Part shown: piece after piece, positions 21,912 to 31,855 of the stretch
How the letters are laid out: each line of letters begins with the position of its first letter
How positions within the stretch are numbered: position 1 is the stretch's first letter
IMG/VR virus record: IMGVR_UViG_3300042453_001906
DNA length: 64,000 nucleotides
Reading direction: 5' to 3' (one strand)
Origin: an uncultured virus (IMG/VR IMGVR_UViG_3300042453_001906)
Taxonomy: Duplodnaviria; Heunggongvirae; Uroviricota; Caudoviricetes
Notes under the pieces: generated by a model
Database searches by the model: none
What the model was told of the DNA's origin: nothing
What the model saw: only the letters and a program-made list of their open reading frames with translations
Made by a program: the position numbers and the translations under genes

Positions 21912-22904
21912 TTATATCCTTTTCCATTGGCTCCACCGGAGCCGTGCCTCCATACCGCTACAGGAGTATTTATCAATGTCTGCCCGTAGTTGTGCGGCAC
22001 TTTTGCCGGAAAGCACCATGTCGTTTATGTCCTTTTCTAGAACTCCAGAATCCCACACACAGACTTGGTGTCCCGCTTCAATGGCTGCTCGGGTCGCTTC
22101 CACAATCTCCCGGTTGCGAGGCTCGTTGTCCAAAACAACCACCACATCGCTGAAGCCCCTAACAATGTCTCCCACTTCGCTTCCGGCAAAAGCAATGCCA
22201 TTATCAAGAAATACAGAATCAATCGGGCCTTCAGTTGCGTATACCCTGCGTGAGTAGTCAACGGTGTCTCCTCCAAAGAATATCCTGCCGCTCTTCACGA
22301 ATTTCACCGTGATATAACGAATGGCATTCTTTGAACCACCTATTGCGCGACCCTGAACCCCGAGAAGTTCTCCGCTCTTGTTCAGGAACGGAATGACGAT
22401 TCGCTCGTCATTGGGAACAGTGGTATATGTAGGGTCGATACTGCGAACCCAATCACCGAACCCGTCTGTGAAATAAAACCTGTCCAAGCACGGAATCTGT
22501 CGGGACTGTAGGTATTTCCGTGCAGCATGATCGGCAGGAAGATCGGAAACGCGAGGCAGAGAAATCCGTATTCGTGGCTTGACTATTTCGGTTTCCACGG
22601 GCTTGGTGTAGTTGGAGTGCCCGTTCTCCCCGTTGCGCCAACGCTCCAATGCGTATTCACGGCACAGCACAGGAGCCACGATTTCCAAGAATTTGTAAAC
22701 CGTGTGCCCCACACCGCAGTTGTGGCACTTGAAAAAGTAGTCGTTTTTCTTCAGGAAGAAAAATCCACGGGCTTTGGTCTTGTTCTTCTGCGAGTCACCG
22801 CAGATAGGACACCGACAGTTTGCAAGGTTTTCGCCCTTCCACTTGAACCGCTGCAACTGTGGTGACACCAAGTTGATGTATTTCTTGTCGATCAAGGCAG
22901 ACAT
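21912..22904 (-). CDS. gp61: DNA primase (T4 gp61-like)
   Basis: CRCPICGDS..CHNCG zinc finger; TEGPIDS, DNEPRN, KDINDM TOPRIM motifs. Confidence 0.95.
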   Translation of the reverse strand: MSALIDKKYINLVSPQLQRFKWKGENLANCRCPICGDSQKNKTKARGFFFLKKNDYFFKCHNCGVGHTVYKFLEIVAPVLCREYALERWRNGENGHSNYTKPVETEIVKPRIRISLPRVSDLPADHAARKYLQSRQIPCLDRFYFTDGFGDWVRSIDPTYTTVPNDERIVIPFLNKSGELLGVQGRAIGGSKNAIRYITVKFVKSGRIFFGGDTVDYSRRVYATEGPIDSVFLDNGIAFAGSEVGDIVRGFSDVVVVLDNEPRNREIVEATRAAIEAGHQVCVWDSGVLEKDINDMVLSGKSAAQLRADIDKYSCSGMEARLRWSQWKRI

Positions 22905-24314
22905 TTAGAAATTCCAATCGCTTGTGTCTTTGCTCCCACCAAACTTCTTGGTGAATTCACGCTTGCCGAATCCGCTGCCGAATCCTTCTTCCTTCGTGGT
23001 CTTGGCATCGGTCAGGTCTTCGAACTCGTCCTTGCTTACATCATAGAACTTCATCTTGGCGTAGTTCAAGCCCACGATGAACTTCTTGTTTGCTGCCTTG
23101 GTATTGTAGCGGTTCTTCAACTGCTTTACCATGATCTGTCCTGCCTTTTCCAATTCTTCAGTCGTAATAAGTGCTGCCATGAAGTCTGCCGTATGGGGCA
23201 GACCGAATGACTCTGAAGTATCGGTGAGTTCCACATCGGTGGACGAATATCCTGAACGGTTCACCTGTGTGGCAGTGAACAAGGGCACATTCCGTTCCAT
23301 TGCCAAGCCTCGCAACTCTTCGGCAATTGCCTTGATGTAACTGTACGAGTTCACATTGCTGCCACCGCTCTTCAAACGGGCAGAGGAGCAGATATTGATG
23401 TAGTCGATGAACACAATATCTGGAATGAATCCCTTCTTCAGTTTTAGTTCATCCATAAGGATTCTGAAATGGTTGGCATTTGCCACCGATGTGGGGTACT
23501 CCTTGATGATGAGTTTCCCGCTGATGCCACGGGTAGCGGACTGCAACCGCTTCTCGTACATTTCAAGGGGCAGATCGTGGAGTTCGTCCATCGTGATGTC
23601 CATGATGTTCGCGTCAATACGCTCCGCGATCCTCTCTTCTGCCATTTCAAGAGTGATGTACAGGACATTCTTGTTTTGCATCAGGCAGCAAGCCGCGTGG
23701 TGACACATGAACAGGGACTTACCCACGCCTGTTCCTGCCATGATGACATTGAAAGTCTTGGGAGACACCCCGCCCTTGGTGATAAGATTGAACATCTCCA
23801 AGTCAAACGGAATCTTGTCTTCCTCACGGTGCAGGACTTCGTACCGTTCCTCGTAGTTCTCAAGGTAATCGTGACCAATGTTTGTGTCAAACGAAACCGA
23901 AAGAGCCTTGCTCAATATTTCAGGCAAGGCATTGGGTGTCCGCACCTTGTCCTTGCCGTCAATAATGTGAATGGATTCAAGCACGGCATTGTACAGTGCC
24001 TTGTCTTTGCAGAACTTTTCCGTGGTGTCCAACAACCACTGTGTGTCCTGCTTGTCTGCTCTTGCCACGGCATCGGTAATGTCCCGACACCGCTTGATCT
24101 CGTCATCGGTCAGGGACTTGTCCCCTTCCAAAGAGATAAGGAGGGCTTCCTTGGTGGGAACCCCCTTGTACTTGTCCATGAAGGACTTGATCTCTCGGAA
24201 CACTGCACGGTCAGGACGATTTGAGAAATACTCTTCCTGAACAAATGGCGCAGCCTTCTTGCAGAACTCGTCATTGTTGAGCAGTCCTGCAATAATGGTT
24301 TGTTCAATGCTCAT
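22905..24314 (-). CDS. gp41: Replicative DNA helicase (T4 gp41-like)
   Basis: AGTGVGKS, ITLEMAEERIAERIDAN, IDYINI, SESFGLP, QLKNRY. Confidence 0.95.
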   Translation of the reverse strand: MSIEQTIIAGLLNNDEFCKKAAPFVQEEYFSNRPDRAVFREIKSFMDKYKGVPTKEALLISLEGDKSLTDDEIKRCRDITDAVARADKQDTQWLLDTTEKFCKDKALYNAVLESIHIIDGKDKVRTPNALPEILSKALSVSFDTNIGHDYLENYEERYEVLHREEDKIPFDLEMFNLITKGGVSPKTFNVIMAGTGVGKSLFMCHHAACCLMQNKNVLYITLEMAEERIAERIDANIMDITMDELHDLPLEMYEKRLQSATRGISGKLIIKEYPTSVANANHFRILMDELKLKKGFIPDIVFIDYINICSSARLKSGGSNVNSYSYIKAIAEELRGLAMERNVPLFTATQVNRSGYSSTDVELTDTSESFGLPHTADFMAALITTEELEKAGQIMVKQLKNRYNTKAANKKFIVGLNYAKMKFYDVSKDEFEDLTDAKTTKEEGFGSGFGKREFTKKFGGSKDTSDWNF

Positions 24315-24324
24315 TTACATCTCC

Positions 24325-25395
24325 TTAAGACAGCCCCATTTCCTCGTCAAGTTCAGCCAACTTGTCCATTGCTGCCTGTGCCTCGTCCTTGCCGTAGCAG
24401 AACTCCTTCTTTGCGGCAATGTCGATAGCCTTCAAGATGTCCTCGGTGTAGTACTTCTCGGGGTTCTTGTTGATCTGCGACTCAAACGCGGTCTTGCCGT
24501 CAGGCAACTGAATCTTCGTGGACACCTTGTTGAAGATACCGTGCTTCAGGGCAATATCCAACAGTCCGTAATACTTGTTTAGTCCTGTCTCAAAGTTCAA
24601 CTGGACATCCACCATCTTGTCCTGCTTTGTGAGGCGGCTCTTGTACGCCTTGCAGTGGATGATGTTGCCCACCACCTCGTTGTCCACCTTGTCCTTCTTC
24701 TTGGACAGGTAGATGATGGTGGACGCGGCATACTTCAGACCGCTGCCGCCACCCATTTCCTTCGTGGGCACATACGCACCCACCACATCGTAGGTGTGGT
24801 TCGTCATCAGGAGTGGAATCCGTGCGTGACCCAACTTGATGGTAAGGACGCGGAACGCTGCCTTGGTGACCTGTGCGCGAGTCATGTCGCGGGTGTTCTT
24901 GCCCTCGGCAGTGTCGTTCATCTCCTTCTCGGTGGACAACATTCCAAGGGAGTCAAGCACGATCATCATGCGGGGACGAGAATCCTTGTCGTCCTCAAGA
25001 TACTTGTCCACGGACAGAACGCACTGGTGGCGGAACTCCTCCACCGTAGCCACGGGCAGCACAGCCACGCGGTCGGTGTCGATGCCCCGATCCCGCAGCA
25101 GATCGGAAGTAATGGCTTGCTCCGTGTCAAAATACAGCACCATTGCCTTGGGATCGTTCTGCAAGAACTCGCGCACCACATTCAGGGCAAAGTAGGTCTT
25201 GCCCGTGGCTTGCTCTCCTGCAAGCGCAATGATCTTGTTATCGGGAATGCCGCCGTGGATCGACCCGCTCAGGAGTGCGTTGAACGCATACGATCCCGTT
25301 GACACGAATCCCTTTACATCGCTGCCTTCCAATCCATCGGAAGCCACGGTTGCGTACTTGTTGCCTGCTGCCTTGAGAATATCCTTCAGTTTCAT
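24325..25395 (-). CDS. uvsX: RecA-like recombinase
   Basis: AGEQATGKT, FDTEQA, LDSLGML, MGGGSGLKYAAS. Confidence 0.95.
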   Translation of the reverse strand: MKLKDILKAAGNKYATVASDGLEGSDVKGFVSTGSYAFNALLSGSIHGGIPDNKIIALAGEQATGKTYFALNVVREFLQNDPKAMVLYFDTEQAITSDLLRDRGIDTDRVAVLPVATVEEFRHQCVLSVDKYLEDDKDSRPRMMIVLDSLGMLSTEKEMNDTAEGKNTRDMTRAQVTKAAFRVLTIKLGHARIPLLMTNHTYDVVGAYVPTKEMGGGSGLKYAASTIIYLSKKKDKVDNEVVGNIIHCKAYKSRLTKQDKMVDVQLNFETGLNKYYGLLDIALKHGIFNKVSTKIQLPDGKTAFESQINKNPEKYYTEDILKAIDIAAKKEFCYGKDEAQAAMDKLAELDEEMGLS

Positions 25396-25568
25396 TTTGA
25401 TAGCACCTTTCGCGTTTCGTCTATGAGTTCCATCTCTCGGATGTACTCTTCAATGATAGCCAATGATCCTTGCTTGTCAAGGGTCAATCGCTTTACTTCA
25501 TTCTGCAACCACTCCTTGCGCTGCCGCAGGAGTTCACAAATATAAGTCTTGTGTGTGGTTGAGATCAT
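25392..25568 (-). CDS. Small helical hypothetical protein, 58 aa (MISTTHKTYICELLRQ...), not in ORF track
   Basis: Open frame fills the gap, with ATGA overlap onto uvsX. Confidence 0.55.
   Translation of the reverse strand: MISTTHKTYICELLRQRKEWLQNEVKRLTLDKQGSLAIIEEYIREMELIDETRKVLSK
25453..25480 (-). promoter_or_regulatory. Sigma70-like promoter TTGACA-N16-TATCAT upstream of uvsX
   Basis: Consensus match. Confidence 0.5.
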
Positions 25569-25569
25569 C

Positions 25570-25905
25570 TCAAGTGGTCAACTTGAGCGATGGCACTGCC
25601 ATTTCCTTGGTTGGAACCACAAGACCGGAACCAAACGCGCTGTTGAATTCGTTTGCAAGGTCTTCAAGAGGTTCAGCAGTGAACAGCACAGCGTCAGCCG
25701 GGATGTCGAAACCCTGATCCTGCTTTACCGATGCCATCCACGGCACGATGGCAAGGCTTGCTCCCTGACCGCCACGACCGGGCATGGGAACCAACATGCA
25801 CGGGTTCTTGAGTGTGTATGCTGTCACCTTGTCACCCGTGAACTTCTCGTTGATACGGGCAATAATTTCTTCTCCACTACGCATCTTCAGAATCTTGGTA
25901 ATCAT
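25570..25905 (-). CDS. Conserved T4-like Sm-fold-like hypothetical protein
   Basis: KMRSGEEIIA..LKNP..PW..FGSGLVVP pattern; GGAGA SD; late motif at 25932-25938. Confidence 0.65.
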   Translation of the reverse strand: MITKILKMRSGEEIIARINEKFTGDKVTAYTLKNPCMLVPMPGRGGQGASLAIVPWMASVKQDQGFDIPADAVLFTAEPLEDLANEFNSAFGSGLVVPTKEMAVPSLKLTT

Positions 25906-25945
25906 ATAGTCTCCATTGTTAAGGGTTACAGTATGTATCGAACGG

Positions 25946-28498
25946 TCAAGCAAAAAGCGAATCCAAACTATTCGTTTCCTCCGGGTTCCATCCCACCGCA
26001 TCGGTGATGGCACGGAGCGGTTCAAGAAATGTCTTGTCGAATTGGGTATCGTAGTCGATGTATTTGTGAAGTTCGAATTCTTTTGGAAGTGAAGTAGTGA
26101 ATCCGATCACGCTTTCACGAATTGGGTTAGGTGTCTTCAGGTAGATGAACTTGATCTTCTCGCCCTCACCGATCAACCGATACTTGCGACCGAGTTTGAG
26201 TTTCTTCACAAAGTGATTGTGCAGCAGTGCTGCCTTCACCGCGATGGGCGTGGCTTTCCTGTACACGGATGAGTCGGAACTGTACTCATCCATGTTGGAA
26301 ACTCCGCGAGGGGACGAGACATCTTCCACGGGCAGGGACTTGAATTCCTCTTCCGTTTTCTTTACGAACTTCTGAAGTGCTGTCTCGTCCTGCATGAGTA
26401 CCAACTCAATTGCCGTCTTCAGTGCCTTGCGGACATACGCAGGGGTGGACGAACGGGCAGTCTCCATGCCCATGATCTTGAACTTGGGAGTCTTGTAGCG
26501 AACGCCTTCCGCGTCCCATACAGACAGCATATACCGCTTCTTCGCAGTCCACACGCCCTTCTCCGCGATGACTTCGCGTCCCATTGACATTTTGTTTTGA
26601 TACGCATTCATAATTGCCGCAAGTTCAGCGAACTGCTTGTCGATGTAAGGTTGCAGCACTCGCTCACAGAACTTGTTCAGGAAATCCACCACCTTCTGCG
26701 GGTCGCGCTCTCCCGTGTACGAACTGTCAACGATTCCTCCCAACTTCAGGTAAACGGAGTCGGTGTCGGACGCGATCACATAGTCCTCGCCCTCCGTGTG
26801 GAGAATCTTGTTCAGGAATCGGTTCAGTGCTTCACCGATCCATTGGATGCTCAACTGTCCCGACAGGGTAATGGCTTCTGCCAGTTCCACATCAAAGAAC
26901 CGGAAATACTGGTTGCCGATTGCGCCGTATGCGGAGTTCAACTGAATCTTGCGAACCAACTGAAAGTTGTGGTATTTTGAAATGTCGTATTCGATCTTGC
27001 GCCTCTCTTCCGGGGATGCACTCTTGTCCAATTCCACCAACCGCTTCTGTGCCGCGATCATCAGCCCCTTGAAGTGCTTGCGTTCCGCGTACATCTTCTC
27101 CATGAGTTCGGGCAGGAAGCCTTGGCGATCCTTTCGGAAAGCAATTCCGTTTGCCGCAACAGAAACGCTGCTGCTCTTTGCACTGTTGAGATATTCCGCA
27201 GGATCAATGAAAGTCTTTACTGTCTCTCCACGATTCCTGCTCAACACGGAGTCGGGATTGATGGAGTTCCGCCGCCACACAGGATTGGTGTCCTTTGTCT
27301 CGGGCGAGATGTTGTACTGCATGATGAGGTGGGGATACAGGGAGTTCAAGTCGAAACTCACCACCCAATCGTGCTTGCCCACAAGGGGGTCTTTCACATA
27401 CGCACCCGCGTACTGATCGTCCTTCTTGTGGTCGGTCTTCTGCGGGATCACCATCCCCTTGCTCATCAGATGGTGGTGGATGATTGCATCCCATGTGCGG
27501 ACTTGAGAAAACACATCCTCAAAGTTCACCCGTGCCGAATACGCAAGGGCTACAGCCAGTTCCATGAGTTTCAGTTTGGCTTCCAAGCGGTCAACGAGCC
27601 GCACATCTTGGAAGTTGTACTCCATGAACTTCTGAAAGTTCTGCGTGTAGAACTCCTGAAGTGTCTCATATTCGGAATACGACAGTTTCTCTTCGCCCAA
27701 CTCCACCTTGGAAATATGGTTCAGCGAATACGCTTCCTGCTTCACATAGGTGAAAGTCTGGTACAGTTCAAAGTAGTCAAGAGTGGCTACGCCGCTGATC
27801 ACATACGCGGTCTGATCCCGTCCCATGCGGTTCACGGTGGTTTCCCGCAACCGCCCCCACGGAGAGAGGGAGTTACCCCATCCTTCTTCAAGATGATTCA
27901 TCCGCGCCACAAGGTACGGAATGTCAAAGAAGCGGATGTTCCATCCTGTCACGATGTCGGGGTCGATCTGCCGCCACAGGGACACGAATCCCTCAAGCAG
28001 TTCGCGCTCGTCATCGTATGGGATGCAAGTAACTCCCTCTCCCTCAATGTGAAAGTCCCCCAAGCCTAGCACATAGGTCTTGTCGCCCATTGAAACCGTG
28101 ATTGCAATAACCCTCTCCGTGGGAGAGGCTGGCGTGGGAAAACCGCCGTCACACGATGTTTCAATGTCCAAGTTTGCTATGCGGAGGCTGCTGAAGTCGT
28201 AGTCCACTTCAGTGGGAAACTCCTTGTACAGATACTGGTAAACAAAATTGGTGTTGCCGTAGACTTCGTAGTTGGACACATCCTTGAAGCGGTCAATGAA
28301 CTCTCGCGCTTCTCCGATGTCATCAAACTGCACGGGCTGCACAGGCTTGCCGTTGACGGTGGTAAACTCGCCCCGCTCCTTTGCAGGGATATACAGCGTG
28401 GGGCAGAACGGAATGCGGAGGTGCTGCCTCTGCCCGTTCTTCCATCCTCGGTACAGGATGCTCTTGCCACGAATGTCAACGGAAGTGTAGAAGTCCAC
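25946..28498 (-). CDS. gp43: Family B DNA polymerase (T4 gp43-like)
   Basis: DIET, GWNIRFFD, SFDLNSLYPH, KIQLNSAYG, SDTDS, KKRY; uninterrupted. Confidence 0.97.
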   Translation of the reverse strand: MDFYTSVDIRGKSILYRGWKNGQRQHLRIPFCPTLYIPAKERGEFTTVNGKPVQPVQFDDIGEAREFIDRFKDVSNYEVYGNTNFVYQYLYKEFPTEVDYDFSSLRIANLDIETSCDGGFPTPASPTERVIAITVSMGDKTYVLGLGDFHIEGEGVTCIPYDDERELLEGFVSLWRQIDPDIVTGWNIRFFDIPYLVARMNHLEEGWGNSLSPWGRLRETTVNRMGRDQTAYVISGVATLDYFELYQTFTYVKQEAYSLNHISKVELGEEKLSYSEYETLQEFYTQNFQKFMEYNFQDVRLVDRLEAKLKLMELAVALAYSARVNFEDVFSQVRTWDAIIHHHLMSKGMVIPQKTDHKKDDQYAGAYVKDPLVGKHDWVVSFDLNSLYPHLIMQYNISPETKDTNPVWRRNSINPDSVLSRNRGETVKTFIDPAEYLNSAKSSSVSVAANGIAFRKDRQGFLPELMEKMYAERKHFKGLMIAAQKRLVELDKSASPEERRKIEYDISKYHNFQLVRKIQLNSAYGAIGNQYFRFFDVELAEAITLSGQLSIQWIGEALNRFLNKILHTEGEDYVIASDTDSVYLKLGGIVDSSYTGERDPQKVVDFLNKFCERVLQPYIDKQFAELAAIMNAYQNKMSMGREVIAEKGVWTAKKRYMLSVWDAEGVRYKTPKFKIMGMETARSSTPAYVRKALKTAIELVLMQDETALQKFVKKTEEEFKSLPVEDVSSPRGVSNMDEYSSDSSVYRKATPIAVKAALLHNHFVKKLKLGRKYRLIGEGEKIKFIYLKTPNPIRESVIGFTTSLPKEFELHKYIDYDTQFDKTFLEPLRAITDAVGWNPEETNSLDSLFA

Positions 28499-28506
28499 GA
28501 TGCTCC

Positions 28507-28770
28507 TTAACGCTCAACGAGTGCAATCCAGTCCTGATGAACCATGTCCTTGTCTTCGTGTCCTTGACCCTTGTTCTGCGTTCTGTCCCACAGCACACGG
28601 TCGCCCACACGAATGTCTTCCGTTAGTTTATCACCGATTGCCGCAACCGTGCCCCAAATGTAGCGAGATTTCACTACTTCATTGTAAATGATCCCGGCTT
28701 CAGTCTCAGTCTGTCCGCCAAGGTGAGACTTTACCCAAATCCATTTTCCTATTGGCTTGAAATTGCTCAT
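28507..28770 (-). CDS. GroES/Cpn10-like co-chaperonin
   Basis: FKPIGKWIWVK, TEAGII mobile loop, GTVAAIG, IRVGDRVL. Confidence 0.7.
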   Translation of the reverse strand: MSNFKPIGKWIWVKSHLGGQTETEAGIIYNEVVKSRYIWGTVAAIGDKLTEDIRVGDRVLWDRTQNKGQGHEDKDMVHQDWIALVER

Positions 28771-29720
28771 TCAAAAATCTCCTCAAGTGTATTTGGAACG
28801 GATTCCCGTATCCGCTCCTCTGCGAGTTTCACATATTCGGGATTGAGTTCGGTTCCGATGTAGTTGCGTCCGTTCTTCAGTGCAACCACGGCAGTTGTGC
28901 CGCTGCCCGTGAATGGGTCAAACACCGTGCCATTCTCCGGGCATCCTGCAAGCACACACGGCACGATCAGGTCTTCAGGATACACCGCAAAGTGTGCGCC
29001 TTTGTAGCCCTTTGTGGTGACTGTCCATACCGATCTGCGGTTGCGGGTTTCCGTGTTGCCAACAGCCTTCATGTTGCCGTTGGTCTTTCCGGGAACACGG
29101 GTGCTTCCGTTTTGATTGGGCAAATTCTTTTGAGAAAGCCTGTTTACGGTGCTGCCAGCAACAGGTTCTTTTACTGCTTCGTGATCGTAATAGTACTTTG
29201 GCTTCTTGGACAGCAGGAAAATGTATTCGTGTGCCTTGGTGCAGCGGTCTTCCACGCTTTCGGGCATGGGGTTGGGCTTGTGCCAGATGATGTCCTGACG
29301 CAGATACCACCCGTCTGCTTGCAGGGCAAATGCCACCCGCCACGGAATGCCGATCAAGTCCTTGGGCTTCAATCCTTCAGGAACCTTGCTGCCCCTGCCG
29401 CCGTACCGCTCGTCATTCGTGCAGTACTCGCCCTGTACGGACTGGCGTACCTGATATGTGCGGTTTGCGGCATAGGTGTCGCCCAAGTTGAGCCACAGCG
29501 TACCGTCATCGCGCAGGATGCGGCGCACCTCACGGAACACTTCCACCATGTTCTGCACATAACCGCCCACCGTTTCCTCTTGACCGAGTTCGCTGTCCCC
29601 GCCGCTGTAGTCGCGGAGTCCAAAGTACGGTGGGGATGTAATGCAAGTATGAACGCAGCCGTCTGGCAGCGTCTTCATGCCTGTAATGCAGTCTCCGAGA
29701 ATTATTTTATGGGTGTTCAT
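28767..29720 (-). CDS. DNA N4-cytosine/N6-adenine methyltransferase (beta class)
   Basis: TSPPY precedes DPFTGSGTT; IIWHKPNPMPES; HFAVYP. Confidence 0.9.
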   Translation of the reverse strand: MNTHKIILGDCITGMKTLPDGCVHTCITSPPYFGLRDYSGGDSELGQEETVGGYVQNMVEVFREVRRILRDDGTLWLNLGDTYAANRTYQVRQSVQGEYCTNDERYGGRGSKVPEGLKPKDLIGIPWRVAFALQADGWYLRQDIIWHKPNPMPESVEDRCTKAHEYIFLLSKKPKYYYDHEAVKEPVAGSTVNRLSQKNLPNQNGSTRVPGKTNGNMKAVGNTETRNRRSVWTVTTKGYKGAHFAVYPEDLIVPCVLAGCPENGTVFDPFTGSGTTAVVALKNGRNYIGTELNPEYVKLAEERIRESVPNTLEEIFE

Positions 29721-30115
29721 TGCAAGAAATTATCCAAGTTGACTTTTTGCTGATTGCCCTTCAGGGTTTCCACTAATTGTCGCGTCTTGTCGAAAGGATA
29801 AATGCACCGCCCGAGGTTTGCAAATCTACAGCATATCACTATGTTTTCCGCGCTGTAGTCTGCGTCATCGTCTTTTCTATCAACTGATGGGGCGAGTGGA
29901 TGCACGGGAAACCAATCGGGGTGATCCTTGAACAGCAATCCCAAATCAAGGGTGACACCAAACCAAAAGCACTTTCCTTCTTGTGCTTCCCAAATATTCT
30001 GCAAGTCCTTTGCGGTGATGAGCAGTTTGGGCTGCTCAACATTGTGGTAGACAAGGCTGTGTCTGCCGTTTGATTTACAGTTATTCAGGAGTTTCTTAAA
30101 GGGGTCTTTCTTCAT
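29717..30115 (-). CDS. HNH/His-Me finger-like endonuclease
   Basis: QEGKC, PSVDRKD...YSAENIVICCRFAN pattern. Confidence 0.55.
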   Translation of the reverse strand: MKKDPFKKLLNNCKSNGRHSLVYHNVEQPKLLITAKDLQNIWEAQEGKCFWFGVTLDLGLLFKDHPDWFPVHPLAPSVDRKDDDADYSAENIVICCRFANLGRCIYPFDKTRQLVETLKGNQQKVNLDNFLQ

Positions 30116-31032
30116 TCTCCCCTCACCTTCGGATACGGCTTGATGATGCCTGCGTTTCGTGTCTCAAACTCGCGCCGCAACTTTTTGGTTTCGGCTTTGG
30201 TAGCCCCAAGCACGAATGCGTATTTGTGCTTGCTTGGCATGGTGATCTTTGTTGCGCCCTTCTGCTTTAATTTGGAGTGTTCGCGCAACTGCTTTTCAAC
30301 GCTGTCAGGAATGTTTTCCCACAGCATCCGTTGGTCGTTGTTCCAATCCTTTTCCCATTCGATTCCCAATTCCTTGGCATACTTCTTGTACGCGGAACGA
30401 ACCCGGAAGAATCGGTCGCTCACCACCTTGCCCGTGTACGGATTGATGTACCGCGTGGTGGTTCCGCTGTCATTTCCCAAATAGTAGAAATTACACGCTT
30501 GGTAGATTGTGCCCAATTCCTTGGCAGTGGGATCGGAGTACGCGGTGAACAGGCGATACGCCGTGTGCTTCACCATCCACCCGCAGCACCACATGAGAAA
30601 CGAACTTGCAAGATTCTTTGGACTCCACGACACGCAAGCACCACGGCTGATGAGGCGTTCAATCTTCTTTGTGTCATCCCCGAGCAGTTTTGAAAATGCG
30701 TTGGGCAAGTTCATCAGACACACACCAGCAAGAATGTCCTTGCCCACCAAGCCCTGATCGGGATCGTGGTAGTACGCACCAAACCAGTGCGTGGTGTACT
30801 GCGACAGCGTACCAAGCCATTCGTGACGCTTGATGAACTCCACCGCTTCTGCTTTGTCAGCATCGGTGGTGATCGGACGGAATGTGAAATGGGAAACACG
30901 GAGGGTCTTTGCGACCTCCTCCGTGAGTCCTGCGGCTTTCAAATCCTCCTCGCGGTTACGGAGTCGGATATCGTATTGCCAACAGTGTCCCTTTTCGTAT
31001 TCCCGTAGGCAAGCGTCTTCTGTTTCGCTCAT
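30112..31032 (-). CDS. Mom-like GNAT-fold DNA modification protein
   Basis: FIKRHEWLG, ISRGAC..SPKNLAS, AYSDPTAKELGTIYQACNFYYLG resemble Mom-family motifs. Confidence 0.7.
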   Translation of the reverse strand: MSETEDACLREYEKGHCWQYDIRLRNREEDLKAAGLTEEVAKTLRVSHFTFRPITTDADKAEAVEFIKRHEWLGTLSQYTTHWFGAYYHDPDQGLVGKDILAGVCLMNLPNAFSKLLGDDTKKIERLISRGACVSWSPKNLASSFLMWCCGWMVKHTAYRLFTAYSDPTAKELGTIYQACNFYYLGNDSGTTTRYINPYTGKVVSDRFFRVRSAYKKYAKELGIEWEKDWNNDQRMLWENIPDSVEKQLREHSKLKQKGATKITMPSKHKYAFVLGATKAETKKLRREFETRNAGIIKPYPKVRGE

Positions 31033-31427
31033 CAAGTTTCTCCATAAACCGTTCCGCGCTCAAAGAAGCGTTCTTCGCACCCCGCAAATCCAAAGCACTC
31101 ATGGGCAAACTGCTTGATGATGTTCGGGTCGAATTCCTTGCACGAATACACATCAAGGGTAATGAAATGGGTGGGTTCAATGGAGTGAATCTGAATTCCG
31201 CTCTCAATGAGTGGAACCCACCCGCTCACTCCTGCCTTTTCGGGGTAGATTTCTGCCCCGTTCTTGTCTCGCGGAGCGTGAATCACCACGGGTGGAGCCA
31301 TGCGGGTCATGCCGATTCGATCCACCAACTGCTCAAGAAAGCGGTAGGTGAGTTCCATGTCATCTGCCACACCGTCCCGGCAACCGTACATGTCGATGAA
31401 ATACGAATATCCGAATGGCTTGTTCAC
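31032..31427 (-). CDS. speD: Pyruvoyl-dependent S-adenosylmethionine decarboxylase-like proenzyme
   Basis: GVSG..LIES(G)IQIH self-cleavage site; LDVYSCKEFD. Confidence 0.8.
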   Translation of the reverse strand: MNKPFGYSYFIDMYGCRDGVADDMELTYRFLEQLVDRIGMTRMAPPVVIHAPRDKNGAEIYPEKAGVSGWVPLIESGIQIHSIEPTHFITLDVYSCKEFDPNIIKQFAHECFGFAGCEERFFERGTVYGET

Positions 31428-31855
31428 TTGCTGATCTCCTTTACGATCTTCTTCCAGTACTTCAAGGTGGCATTCCGGGTGTGTCCCTTGGGACCACCGT
31501 TATGGATACGCGCCAACTGCTCAAGCGTTGCGCCCTTCGGGGCGTACCGCTTCCAATACGCACGAACAATCTTTTCCGCATACGCCTTGTTCATGCAGTC
31601 TTCGTACTTGCCTCCGATAGACTTGTCGAATTCCACGGCATCCTGCCAGTACTCACGCCAAATCTGATAAGGGCCAATTGCCTTGCCGCCATCACCAACC
31701 AAGTTCTTTCCCCGATTGGACTCCACAGTGTACATGGCATCCAACAGGTTGTCAACCGTGTAGCACTCCACGGGCAGGGGCAGCACGGGATACGGCTTGC
31801 CCTTCAGGTCGTGCGGAACACCAAGCAGAACAGTAGCGAGAATCACAGCAAACAT
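31424..31855 (-). CDS. Invertebrate-type (destabilase-like) lysozyme with N-terminal hydrophobic segment
   Basis: VES, GPYQIWREYWQDA, LARIHNGGPKG, TLKYWKKI. Confidence 0.75.
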   Translation of the reverse strand: MFAVILATVLLGVPHDLKGKPYPVLPLPVECYTVDNLLDAMYTVESNRGKNLVGDGGKAIGPYQIWREYWQDAVEFDKSIGGKYEDCMNKAYAEKIVRAYWKRYAPKGATLEQLARIHNGGPKGHTRNATLKYWKKIVKEISK

